Source: Basidiobolus ranarum (Eukaryota). From it: a stretch of DNA of 64,000 nt. The stretch spans positions 1-64,000 of the forward strand of contig JASJQH010006878.1 in assembly GCA_040143965.1 (NCBI GenBank). The letters are read 5' to 3'. Of the stretch, positions 1 to 12,683 are shown one piece after another (position 1 is the stretch's first letter; each line of letters opens with the position of its first letter). The position numbers and the translations under genes were made by a program. The notes under the pieces are model-generated. The model saw nothing but the letters and a program-made list of their open reading frames with translations. It did not search any database and had not been told where the DNA came from.

Positions 1-569
1 AAGGGGGCACAGGTCCTAAAGCAAGCTCCTATTCCGACAAGAGCTCTACTACCCCAAATCAACATGGAAAGGATAGTAGTGGGAGTAGCACCTATCCCAG
101 TATGAATCCAGGTGATAAAGGCAGTTTAATAGGACATCAAAACTCAGCTGATGGTGAAACTAGTGATAAATACACTGCTCCTGCCCAAGGTAGTAGCCCC
201 AGTGACTATGAAAGTCCAAATAACCATGGCGATTCTAGTGCTACTCCTGATAGTGGGAACAAAGGCAGCAAGGACAATGATAGCTACAAAAGTCCGGCTC
301 CTGGTGGTGATACTGGAGGCTCTGCGAAATCAAGTAGCAACACTGGAGGCTACACTATGGGAAGCAAAACAGCATCTCCGCCTTCGTGTAATGATATTTG
401 TAACAGTCTGAGTCTTCTTGGAGTTAAGGTTGATACCAGCATATGCCTCAGCAAGAAAAATATAGGCCTCACAGCACCAGTATTGTCCGCTGATACAGGT
501 TGTGTAACTCTAATTGCCAATGCCAAGCTGTTAGGTATTGCTCATGTTGATGTGTCCCTATGTCACTAA
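1..569 (+). CDS. 3' part of a Ser/Gly/Asp-rich low-complexity protein with a small Cys-containing C-terminal domain (5' end outside window)
   Basis: The frame is open from base 3 to the TAA at 569. A low-complexity S/G/D/P region is followed by CNDICNSLSLLGVKVDTSICL...GCVTLIANAKLLGIAHVDVSLCH. Confidence 0.7.
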   Translation, partial: GGTGPKASSYSDKSSTTPNQHGKDSSGSSTYPSMNPGDKGSLIGHQNSADGETSDKYTAPAQGSSPSDYESPNNHGDSSATPDSGNKGSKDNDSYKSPAPGGDTGGSAKSSSNTGGYTMGSKTASPPSCNDICNSLSLLGVKVDTSICLSKKNIGLTAPVLSADTGCVTLIANAKLLGIAHVDVSLCH

Positions 570-1365
570 GTAGAAGAACTAGAAGTCGTTTTGCAGGTCA
601 AACGAATCCGTTGAGTATACTAACATTGTAGGTGGGAGGAATTCCAAGATATTTCAGAGAATAAAAGGCAGTTGTTCTAACATGACTAGGATACTTTGAA
701 GCATAGATATTATGGCTAATAGTTTAACTTCAAACGCTTTATAATTTAAAATGGAGTAATTACTGAAATTCTATATACTTGGAACAATGAGTGTATATGG
801 CAGTAGCATAAACTATATGTGTGAACTATTAAACCACACTTATTTTTGTATATTACTTAAATATATTTGATGTTGATTATTATTGATATTTTCTTTTCTA
901 TCGGGTCAAGTATAATGTCCAATTTTCGTTTTGTGCAGCATTAAACAGGAACTACACATCGAACATGAATTCTGAATACTTCCAAGTCATCACAGTCACC
1001 GACAAAATGATATAAGCTCTTGGTCAGCTCCAAACTAGACGGCAAATATTGCCTTCCCTACTCTGTGGTTGCAGCAGACAAATGTATTTTTTATACCTTG
1101 AAATTTGGCGGGGTTTGTATGTAGAGATTACTCAAGCAGATCTTTCGATCACAATTTTGATTGATATTGTCTATATTGTGTAACATCTTCACACGTTGGT
1201 TCCAATTTTATGTCAACAAACTTACCTTACATACAAACACCGGAAATCTTGGTTAGCTGTTTCGAACAGAGAATATGTTTTTAGCAACAATCTGTCTCTT
1301 GCGGCATTTTATCTTAGAGTTAGATCTACTTGTAAAATGCATCAACAAATACAATGTAAAATATT

Positions 1366-1438
1366 CAACCCAACCGGGGGTCGAACCCGGGGCCTTCCGC
1401 TTAGGAGGCGGACGCTCTATCCACTGAGCTACAGGGCC
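1366..1438 (-). tRNA. tRNA-Arg (anticodon CCT)
   Basis: The reverse complement GGCCCTG TA GCTCAGTGGATAGAGC G TCCGC CTCCTAA GCGGA AGGCC CCGGG TTCGACC CCCGG TTGGGTT G folds as a cloverleaf. D, anticodon and T arms are perfect, but the acceptor stem is weak. Confidence 0.88.
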
Positions 1439-1881
1439 TTACTGCTTTTGTTTCTAATAGAATAAAATGGTAGCCCAACATCTTATACACGTAGGCACTG
1501 GAAGCCTTTAACAATAGTTTTACATAACCTATTAGTAACTAAATATCTATCGATAATTTTACTCTATTGCTTAACCAATATTCCACCGAACTGAATTACA
1601 AGAATCAAAGTTAAACTCTAATTTAGATAAATCTTATCAACAAATCCAAAAATTGACTGGTCAGCATTCGTTCAACAACTTCGAGTGAGTATTCTGGGTG
1701 ATATGGTATTATTAGGATTAAATCATTGTTACACTCGATTTTGACTTTAGAGTTTAGCGAATGAGAATGGATGACCGCGCTTTAATAGTTTATTATATTG
1801 TAAGTTAGGATGATGTCTAATCATATCCCTCAGAGAATAGATCAACATGATATCGACAAAGAGCTGTAGCCAAGTAACATA

Positions 1882-3382
1882 TTAGACCCTTTTTGGAGTG
1901 TTCATCCGATGGAGCGTAAATAAACAACAAGCAGCAGCAAGTGTAATAAATCCCGAAAACAATATTGCAGGAATATAGGTCATTCTCCCCTCTCCAGCAG
2001 TACCCTTCAAGGCTGTAGTGATGGGAGTTCCCACCAAATTACCAACTATGGTGGTAGCAAATACTAATCCCAGTGCGTTACCCAGTTTTTGAACACCTAT
2101 TAAAATGCGAAGATGTGAGTATACTGATTGAAGTATAATTACCAAGGGTCAATACCTACCTGTAACCTGAGCAGTTACTACTGGCAATAAGCTAACAAAT
2201 CCACCACCAAAAAATCCATAAGCAAGTACAAAGACGCACATAAGGGCATAGCCATGTGAGAATGACCATAGAAGCAATATGGATATTCCAGCAAGAAAAG
2301 TACAACAAGTCATGGTGATCGTATTCCCATATTTGTCAGCAATAAAGCCAAACACAATTCGGCCGACAGCATTAGCGCCACTCATTAGCCCAACAAATAA
2401 TCCACCAGTACCTGAACCAAGGCCGATGTAGACACAATATTCTAGAGAGCGAATTCAATGTTAGTATATATCCAAGTAGTAACATTTCCCACCATGACAT
2501 ACCTGGGGTTAAGAAAAATGGAATCACATAAGCGAAATACTCAATGAATGTTGTAGCTAGTAATACAACAAATCGATTGTCTTTTAATAAAGAGAAATCC
2601 AGCTGGAATGGACGACGAGGTCTCTCGATACGTCCTCTGATTAAAAAGGTAGCAATCACGAGTAAAACAAAAGCATGGATAGCAATGATTCTCAAAGTCC
2701 AAGCAACGTTCACAACATCAATTAGTTTATGAGTGAGGGGACCAAGTACCAGGCCTCCAACGCCAGTGCCTGAGACGGCAATTCCAGAAGCCAACCCTCG
2801 TCTTTTACTGAACCATTCAGCAATGATGCCCACGGATGGAAAAAATACAAATGAGGCGCCTATCCCATACAAGACTCCTTGGGTAAGGAAAAGGTGCCAT
2901 AACTATTTTCACAAATTATTAATTGAATGCAGACTCCAGGAAATGGTCTTTAGTGATCTTTTTACCTCTGTAGCAAATGAAGCTAGTAGTATTCCTAGTG
3001 GAAGTAAAATCGAGCCCAATCCCACTAGCTTTCTATATCCGAAACGATCGATGAGAGGACCATTTATCGGGCCCAAAACTACGATTAAAGCAGTTCCAAC
3101 AGTGCCTACCAAAGCCAAAGCGGAAATGGACACTCTTTCATGGAAAACCTCCCGGTAGTAGTAATCTTCGTAGATACCCCAAGTGAAATTGTATCCGAAT
3201 ATCACCCATTGGCATAGGAAAGAACCAGCTACTACAAGCCACCTACATTCGGATTGTTTAGTAAAAGAAAAGGTTAAATCAAATTAGGCCATTTGAGTTT
3301 ACCCAGGGCCACCGTCTGGCGGTGCATCTAATGGATCCAATTCAATTTTTGTATCTTTTTCGTGGTTTAGAATATCCGACAT
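1882..3382 (-). CDS. MFS monocarboxylate-porter (MCT/Mch-like) transporter, multi-exon
   Basis: Starts MSDILNHEK...APPDGG. Contains WFSKRRGLASGIAVSGTGVGG and GRIVFGFIADKYG motifs and many TM segments across GT-AG spliced exons. Confidence 0.9.
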
Positions 3383-4756
3383 CCTTAAAGTGAAGATCTA
3401 ATGAAATCGGTACGAATTCGAAGCGTATATATTCAAGTTCGGATGTACTAATCAACCGAACGGCAACCGAAAAGATCCTCATATTTACCAGAGTTCAAGC
3501 ATACACTGATCATACACCACAAAATCTCTGGGATAAGGTGGTACTCAATAAATCAATTGATTCTAAATGAAAGAGAGTGAAATAACAGGTTATGATATGC
3601 AGAAGATTTTCCAACATTAGTAATGACTCTGACTAGTCATTTGATTGGTTCAAACGAATGATGAAAACGTCGATTCCCTTTGTGGTGAATATTTTACTTG
3701 GGTTTACGTTCTGCATAGCTCTAAACTAACTTCAGTATGTATAGCAAGGTGTCTGGTTACGACATTTGACATTTCCTTGATCAAACAAGTGACATTGTAC
3801 AGATCCCGTGAAGCATTGGGTGCTTTCCAATTTTTCATTAATCATAGAAGAACCCTCAGTGTTCGCAAATCCTTTGGTAAAGAAAAATTAATCTCCTCCT
3901 GAACTTAGATTTCTAAAATTTGAGTTCACTAACCATGGAGGATCTGATAATATTCAATTATAGTAAACGCTCTATAAACAGAATGGAAACTGGCAGCTAT
4001 AGAAAAACTGCACAGGTTTGAACATAAAGATGCTTGCATTAAGGCATGCCAACTTGAAGATTTTGTGCCATACAGATTAGATTATTCTAGGTTGCAGAAG
4101 AGCTTAAAATGTAACCTATCCAGTCCCTATCTAAGTTAACAGTAACCAAACAAAAAATATAAAGAGTAGTTTTAATTGTCAATCTTGTCACAATGACTGA
4201 ACTTTCAGTAAATATGGTCATTAAGAAACCATATGGCAGTAGTAGAATTTGTCAACAATAGGGTGCTAAATTTTCCAATTTATCCAAGGATATAATTAAT
4301 ACATATATTGATATGTAGAAAGAATCATTCTCCAAGGCTATATTATTAGTCATATAACACTGGGTTGGCATATATACTTTGAAAATAGGAAACTTAATCA
4401 ATTTAGCAAAATCGAACTTGAAAGCCATGAAAATTAACTCCAGGATGGCTCATTGCACTCTCACAAATATTTAGAGCACAACTCTTTGTATCTTTAGCAT
4501 TTTGTACAAAATGATATATACTTTAATTCAGTTCAATCGATAAATACATGACTCTTAATAATCACTCCACCAACTTCACAATATCTCCGTTGAAAGTAAT
4601 TTGTGACGAAATGTTGGTCTGGCCAGGATTTGAACCCATTTGATTATTATGGATTTGCGAATCGTTACAAAAAGGAAATAGACAACACTCAATATTTTTT
4701 GTATGGCCAAATAATGGTTGTTGGGAATGTAAAGGCCATAGGTGTAGAAAAACGGT

Positions 4757-4889
4757 TAGTTTACCACTCATATGCCATGTATGTTATGTAGTTTACCACT
4801 CATATGCCATGTATGTTATGTAGTTTACCACTCATATGTCATGTATGTTATGTAGTTTACCACTCATATGTCATGTATGTTATGTAGTT
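4757..4889. repeat. 32-bp minisatellite, 4 copies plus partial
   Basis: Unit TAGTTTACCACTCATATG(C/T)CATGTATGTTATG at 4757, 4789, 4821 and 4853. Confidence 0.95.
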
Positions 4890-4917
4890 CAATTTTGAAA
4901 GCTTGAGACGATCCATA

Positions 4918-5287
4918 TCAACAGTCACCACCTCCACCTCCAAAATCACCGCAATCGAAAGACATGTCGTAGTGACCATGATGATGACCATGACCATAGC
5001 CATGACAATGATCATGGTTAGGGTATAGCGGTCCTCTAGATATGTCTCCAGCCCCATTACTCAGATCAAGAGGAATCCTTGAATCGGTTTTATCTTCGGA
5101 GGTGCTGCACTGCCGATTTTGAGTAGAATCAGATCCTATTGATAAAGTAGTAAAAGCTTAGAACCAATTTCAATGGAGATGTGAATGGGTTGTGGAGACC
5201 TCTTATTTGAGAGCAAACCTTCCAGATTATGACTCCTATAATAACCGCAAGGGCACAAAAAATTGCCACTAAACCAGCGGTTTGCAT
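4918..5287 (-). CDS. small single-pass membrane protein (about 101 aa) with His/Gly-rich tail, 2 exons
   Basis: Exon 1 (5287-5200) reads MQTAGLVAIFCALAVIIGVIIWKVCSQIR. An in-phase GT-AG intron spans 5199-5136. Exon 2 ends NHDHCHGYGHGHHHGHYDMSFDCGDFGGGGGDC*. Confidence 0.65.
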
Positions 5288-5815
5288 TGTGTAATTATGT
5301 GAATCTAGAGAGAAAATATTCCCTATTTATATGCTAACAAACGTCGAATAGTCATATCTGTACAACACGAGTCAGCTGGTATTCCGACCAAAACGTCGAC
5401 CTTAGTTGATAAAATAATACCTGATCTAGTAATACAGTTGAACACCATAGTTGCACATTCACTCTTGGCAACTGTTTACCTCTAAAAGCTTAAGAATATT
5501 TCAGGTATGTATTTACATGTGGTTCAGGATAATTCAAGGTAAATGGCTAAATATACTGCTGACTAGATATGGATAAGTCCAAACCATGTGCTTTTAACTC
5601 CAGTTCAAATTATATACAACATTTCTCTTAACTCCAGTCCAAATTAATAAACACTTCGGCGAAACAGTCGATTCAACTAGCTATATCTTGCCACTCCACT
5701 ATATTACATGCAAATTTTAACCAACCTGGCGGGAATAACAACCAATACATTAAGGTTATTCCCAGTCCAAAGTTGTAACGATATGCTTATACAAGAAGGT
5801 CAGCATTTTATTCGC

Positions 5816-6889
5816 TTATTTGGCTACGTCGTTCAAAAAGTCAGCAAGTGGTTGGGAAGTGGGTCTGACAGGACGTCTCTTAAACAAACCATCGGTTACA
5901 ACCTCGGAGGTAAGGCTCATAAGCCTAGACAAAGGTGAATATTTTAACAATAGAATGGAATGTGTACTCCTCTTACCATTTCTTTTGTTCATCGTTGAGC
6001 TGCGGTGTATCGCTCTCATTGATCAGTGATTTAATTTTATCGAACTGAGTCTCGATTTTCGATTTAAATTTTAGAAAGCCTCCACCAGCTTGATTAAGGC
6101 TTTGCTATCCAGTAGGTTAATATTGAGGGAGTAAAAGCTGAACAATTGGTGATACTTACATATAGGAGTGCCAATTGATGGGCAATGTACTTGTGATTAC
6201 TTATCCCGATATCCTTCTGTAGTTGTAAAGCAGTGGAAACCACTTGATTCATCAAAGACATGTGTGAAAAATGGTCTATATGGTATGATGAGCAAATAGG
6301 TCCATCAAAATGTAAGTATCTATTCGAATACCTTGGACATTATAAGACACTTCCTCTGTTGTAACATCGATACCTAAACGACTGCTAGCCCGTGGAAATA
6401 CTGTGGCTAAACCGGTGAATTTCACATATTCCTAATTCATAGAATCAATAAAACCTCTTATGTGTTTCTTCGCTAGTATTAAACTTTGTTACTTGTGCTG
6501 TTTTGTATTTTTCACTTTGCTTTGAAATGAGTTCTTCGAGTTCCAGAACAATAGCATCTATTTTGTCGCTAAGATTTAATCCACTCTGAGGAAAAAAATG
6601 AGTGGAATGTTGAAAGGTTACTTGATATAAGGAAAGAATAACCTTACATGTTCTTCTTTTTGAACTAATAGGTCAATTCCATGAAGTAGAGCTAAAATTT
6701 GCTGGCCTAAACGACGTCGTTTAGAACTCTGACTTATTGTCAGTGGTTCATCCAGGTATAATTCCACTACAAAAGTTTAATGCTGAATATGGTGAATATA
6801 TTGGTGTAATAAACCCTTAAGGTACCTCGTGGTACTTCCTCCAAAGGGTGTATACGAGCTAAGGGGAGACTACGAGAGAGTTGACTCAT
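5816..6889 (-). CDS. hypothetical protein of about 245 aa, 7 exons
   Basis: Six short phase-compatible GT-AG introns join one uninterrupted ORF: MSQLSRSLPL...EYVKFTGLATVFPR...NHKYIAHQLALLYQSLNQ...LADFLNDVAK*. Confidence 0.8.
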
Positions 6890-7307
6890 TTTTCCACTAA
6901 GTTAGAGGGAAACAAAATTAAAGTGAAAGAGTAGAATGCAGTTGAGTGGCACAAAGGCTTATCCATCAACCCAATTCAAAGTTAGTAAAAGAATTGGTTA
7001 AGTTTAAGTAGGTATTGCCTCCTACATGCGTTAAATCAATTTAGATTCTCAAAAGAACCGTCTCATTCATGATTATTATTCACAATTAGTGCAGATTTTA
7101 CCATTGTTCCATAGTTTGGCACATTCTTCATCCTTAATACATGTTAAATGCTCGGTATTGACAAGACGTGAATGGAAACCTTATTGCGTGGCAAGAAGCC
7201 CTTATAATACCTAATCATGGCAAGATTCCAGAAGCAGACAGCAAAATGGTTTATTCAAGTAAAAAGTATAAATGGCTCTAAATAAATCTATGAATAAATA
7301 CACACAG

Positions 7308-7817
7308 CTAAATGGGGATCCGTTTATCCCAAGGATAGAGATTGGTTAATTCTTGATGAAAAGAAGATTTCACCTCATCAGAAGTCACCTTGTACTCCTC
7401 AATATAAGCGTCAAAAAGGTTCTCCAGGATATCCGTATCTTTGTCAACCATCAGAGCTGATTCATCGAATCCTGAGGAACTCTCAAGAAGGGCAAGCTTG
7501 GCTCTATTCCATTGGTGGCGTAATGTTCGATTCCTGAGAAATAGTTGCTTCAGGCGACGCATGGTATTTGCAAAGATTATACTCGTGTTCACTTGACCCT
7601 CTTCCGCACTGCTTTTAATCTTTTGAAGCTCGACATTGCCCTCCTGGAAGAAGCGATAATTCTTTAGTGTGATTATCTTATATTCCCTCAATGTAGTTCG
7701 GTTTTGGCCCACCGATTGGCCATAAGTGACTTCTAAAGTCAACAGAAGCAAAGAAAAAGCAACCCAAAGCTTTAAGCAAATCATGAAAATGATAAATTGA
7801 ATAGAAGCCAGGGCCAT
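7308..7817 (-). CDS. putative secreted protein, single exon
   Basis: 169-aa ORF with a signal-peptide-like segment (LWVAFSLLLLTLEVTYG) and a helical body. No family recognised. Confidence 0.6.
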   Translation of the reverse strand: MALASIQFIIFMICLKLWVAFSLLLLTLEVTYGQSVGQNRTTLREYKIITLKNYRFFQEGNVELQKIKSSAEEGQVNTSIIFANTMRRLKQLFLRNRTLRHQWNRAKLALLESSSGFDESALMVDKDTDILENLFDAYIEEYKVTSDEVKSSFHQELTNLYPWDKRIPI

Positions 7818-8367
7818 TTACAGAAATTTAACCAGTCTTGAGTTTCAAATTTGAAGTGGATGAAGCTCGGATGATTTGAACTTCGCAACCATGTAATGGA
7901 AGTTGGATCAAGTTGTATGGCATTGATAATCTCGAATTGTAGATATTAGATATAGTGGTTCTTCACATAAAATATATAGTCTAAGCCACCGCCATACGCA
8001 GTCTCAGCCACAGCGACTACAGCACCTAGATATATGCTCGTCCATAAAGCTTTGAATCGAAATTTGTAGATCATCGAGGTTCACTGTAGATGCAACTAGA
8101 TATAGACAATGTGTCAAGTTTTCAAACGTGTCAGGCAAAAGGAAACTTATCAGAGTTACAATGTTGATCAATTTAATTGGATGAATGAGTGCAATTATGA
8201 TAAATCAAATATCGAGGATTCTCTAATGACGCCAATATTTGTGGCCTATACTGATAGAATTCATATTAACAAGTTAGAGAGTCACGCAAACATACTAACA
8301 GATGAAGTACAAGCAGTTTAAAAATTCTATTGAAGAAGAAATTGAAGTGTAAAAGCTCCGAGTGAAA

Positions 8368-11300
8368 CTACCAACTATAGTCAAATCTCGATAAGGTTTC
8401 CGTGGTATCCTCAACATCTTTTTGTGCCTTTTTTCTCATGTAAAAGATCGGACAATCTTTACTTGTGCAAAGAACTTCTTGATGCAAACTTCCCTGGCAT
8501 CTTTGGCATTGAGTCCAAAGGCGGGAGAACCTCACCTCCATCTCGTTAATTGCATCCAGTTGTTTGTGATATAACTCGGTTTCTCGCGATTTGCAATGTA
8601 CACAAACTGCATGTTCATTTTTCTTTAAAGGTGATTTACAACCAAGACAAAGAGCCGTTTTAACTGTAAATTTCATGAGACCACCGGTAGTAGGAGTTGA
8701 AAGTTGAATAGTGCGCGTATGGTCGCCATTGAGCAAACTTTCTGCTTTCTCCCCTAGGATAGGTTCGAAAATACGTAGAAGCGGCTTTGATAATTGATTG
8801 TCAAGGTAATATCTAGTATCGATAGGTACATTATGCTCCAGAACGTATAGTGGATCTTCAGATTTTTCGTAAGCGGCAGCACCCTTAGACCCCTTGATAA
8901 TTACATATGCGACACGATCACCTAACGTTGGTGCTGATCCAGCATCACGCTTTCTCATTCTCTCTGCTAGTTCTACGTGAGCCTGCTTGCCTGCATAGTC
9001 TGTTTTACTCAAAGCCTTGGTGATCACTAATTGTGACATATCGATCTTATTTTGCAAAAGATCTGAAATGATTTGTTTAGTATAATCCAAAGCTGCTTGA
9101 ACATCTCGATCGATGAGAATTTTACGGAGACATGTTGTAATTACACCCGAGACCAACCGGCAATTATCTCTTCGCACAGTCTTTAAAAATTAAGATTTGA
9201 TTTTAGAATTACCAACCTCTGGTTGAACTCAAAGACTTCATTTACCTCAATACCCTTGGTGTCCATTTTATCCCACTGCTTGGGGTTAGTCCAATATAAT
9301 CCAGCATATCTCTTCTTACTAATGAGCAAGTACGGGAAATATGCCTTCTCAAATTCCAAATTGATAGGTTTAATGAACTGGGCGGTGACTACACCGGCAG
9401 CCTCGTTACCTATTTAACGCGTGAGCTTGATAGAGCTATGTGATACGATGAGATATAATCAAACGAAACGTACCTAGCTTCATGGCTTCTTCGAGATTGT
9501 CTGTTCCAAACTTGATCATTACGGAATCCGTATCACCATAAATGACTTTAGCATCATGTGTATATCCGTTAGCAATGGTGAAATGCTCTTCAACAGCCTA
9601 GTCAGAATGGACGTTATTATTAGAATGGGTAGACTTTACCTATAGTAAACCACGTTAATCAAAGCATTAAGCCATACCTGTTTAGTCTTCTCAATCATCG
9701 TTCTACCGTAAGCAGTAACACTGGATGAGATCTGTAAGCAGGGAAGTTTCCCTACTGTGGCACCAGTGAATCCATAGACTGAATTAGCACTGATCTTTTG
9801 AATAACGTACCGTTAGAATCAATTCTATTGAAGAAATTTCAGTTGTAATGAGCCAACCTTTAACGCTAATTGACGACCATCCAACACAGCTTTTTTGAAC
9901 GGATCAGTTTCTTTTTTTAAATCCGCCTTGGCTCTTTTTCTAGCTGATAGGAGATCCTCCAAAATAGTGGGGAGCAACCCCTTTCTTCTGTCGATCTTAA
10001 CGAATGCATCTAACGAAACGATGGTTAACTATCAACCGATACTTCAACTAATTTCTTTTCCACTTACCATTGTTTGGGGTAACTGAGTAATCCACATCTT
10101 TTTGGAGGTTGAATTTGGCGATGGTAGAGGGATTAAGTAGAGTTGTATAACAAAGATTGTGGGCCATCATAATAGACGGATATAGCGAGTTGAAATCGAG
10201 TGTAGCAATGGGAACATGATAGTACCCTTTCACGGGCTCAATAACAGTGGCACCCTCATAAGCTTCTTCGGAGCCTACATGAATGAATCTTAGTCAGACT
10301 ACTCTAGCTAAGCATGATTTTACTGAGACACCTACCTTCAGCTTTCATGGCTGGGACGACCAAATCCTGTTCGATAGCTTTTCTATATAACTGGGAAACG
10401 ACCTTAATTTGCTGTCCTCTGGATAATAGATAATTAAAGGGAACGCCAGTCACACGAGCCATTTCAATATAATTGATCAGGCACATGAGTTTGTCCATTA
10501 GCCGTTGTGGTAGATAGGCATCCTAGAAGTGACAAGTATACAATGAACATTCGTTTCTACACTTGGTGCCTAATGAGATTACAACGCATACCTTTAGACA
10601 GTACACAGCCAATCTTCTTCGTGTCTCATCATTCCCGTTCTGCAATTCAGTAATAATTGAATGATGAACATCTTCTTTTTGTTCTCCCAAGAATTGAGCA
10701 CAAACAGAATTAAGAGTATATGATCTGAGTTTGTAGTCACGTTGCATAACTTGCAACAGATCCAACTGAATCCGTCCTTCAATATTAACCGTCTTATTGT
10801 CACGAGTACCGTACGCACGGGAAGAGAATCGTGTATCTTTGGCCTGACTTTGAATGTCTAGATAGTAAGCGAGAGATTAGATCAATGATTACTGGGTATA
10901 TATATATATTTCGTATCGGTGATAAACTTACATTTTATACGTCCCAGATACGCGAAGTTGTCGACTTTGAGGTGGGAGGCTCGATCCAATAGATACGGCA
11001 AATCGAAGTTTGTAGTATTATATCCGATGATTACATCTGGATCGACCTGTTTAGATTGCGCTTTAGTAGGGAATTACATAGAAAACATTTATACGATCAA
11101 TAGATGCTATCCCATACTTCGACTAGAAAGTCCCTCCATTTCGACAACATCTCCCCTTCATCCTGATATGAGAAGATCTCCGTCCCCACAATAGAGGCGC
11201 ATGTGTTTAACGTAAAAACGTTCTTGATAAATGGTTTGGACTGTCCTTTAAGAACAGGGATAATGTTAATATATCACGAGACACTCACACAAGATAGATA

Positions 11301-12683
11301 CTTAAATGTTCACTGTACCTTGCACAGTCACCATATTGGCGATCTGAATAACCGGATCAACAGATGCTTCAGGAAAAATTCCTTTACGACCTGCACATTC
11401 GATATCGAAACTAAGAATGCGCAGAGGTGCAATGTGTGACCAGTCGCCAACTGGGTCGTGACTGATAAGTTTATCGTATCTAAAAGACGAATGTATATTA
11501 AGTTTGTATACGCTCCGATTACAGTTCACCGAGTTATCTTACCTGACCTCAAGCTCAAGTTGGCAATTAGATGAAGAGTCGGAGATTATTCTATACGACT
11601 TGGGTGGAAGCTCAATCCAGTTCATTCCGGAAATCTGTAGCATTACCAGGTCAATACTGAGGACTAACGAGACATAACAACCAATCACTTACGTGGCAAT
11701 CGATCATAAACCGCATTATGTACTCCAGGTTACTTTCGAAAGTTTGGCAAGCATAGGATGGAAATTGCCCAAAAGTTATTCCATGTTCTAGAACACGTGT
11801 GAGGAGTGAAGGACAAAAGTAGGTGAAAATTCCCATTACTATCTACAACACTAGTAAAAAAGGATATGTTTTGTAGGAGCCACGAGTTTCGGAAATGCCA
11901 GCTCAATTCGTAAAAATGGTGTTTTGCTATTTCCATGGAAGCCATATATACTTTCTTTCATTGTGATGTATACCTCTCGAACTAAAGTATTAACTTTGTC
12001 CTTTTGTTCGCTTTTAACTGCTTGCTATAAATCCGTATGTGTGAGTACTTATCTAAAGTCGGTAAGGAGAAATGAGTATAGTACCTCTAAAGCTAATTTA
12101 AATTCAGGTATATGTGACTCTTTAAAACCCTGAGGTGCTGGGATATAAAAGTATGGGAAGAAACCACGCACGTGGCATGTTATACTGTTCCCTTTCTATT
12201 AACAATAAAGAAATAAGCTCTATTAGAAAATCACCATTTTCAACAACAATAGTCTGCTTGAATACTGACATCAGTGATTCCGTATAGTCGAATGGCGGGT
12301 TCATTGTTTTGCGAATCAACATACTCATCCGCTTCAATCTGTTGAAATACTTGATAAGTGTAATAAACTCAGGTAAATAAGTTGCTTTGTGGATAATTTG
12401 AATCAAATTCACCCACTTATTTTGTCATTGGCGGGATTTATCTTTGGTAAAGCTGCTCGTCTCCACACATTCTCGTTGGGATCAGCTAGAAAATTTAACA
12501 AGCTTGAGTAAATCTGTACAAACATACATGTTTCTGCAACGAACCTATTGGGTTTTGTGATAGAAGTTCTAGATCTTCCTCAAAAGAAGAAGGCACTCGA
12601 GTACCAAAAGTAGGAACCTGTGGAGTATCTACTTTCCTTTTCTTTAAAGCTGGGGAAAATACTTTATCTGGTTTAGCGGACAT
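8368..12683 (-). CDS. POL3: DNA polymerase delta catalytic subunit, multi-exon
   Basis: Family-B motifs [24 protein letters not shown] and YGDTDS, plus C-terminal CysA/CysB ([33 protein letters not shown]). Confidence 0.98.
11797..11867 (-). other. U12-type AT-AC intron in POL3
   Basis: 5' ATATCCTTT, branch TCCTTCAC, 3' AC. Removal restores VAPTK-R-VLEHG. Confidence 0.9.

Noticed and set aside
3400-4750. Long AT-rich stretch checked for transposon remnants or ncRNA
   Set aside because: No terminal repeats, transposase/RT motifs or recognisable snRNA/snoRNA signatures seen.
4757-4889. 32-bp repeats as a CRISPR array
   Set aside because: Head-to-tail copies with no spacers, no cas genes, and a eukaryotic context.
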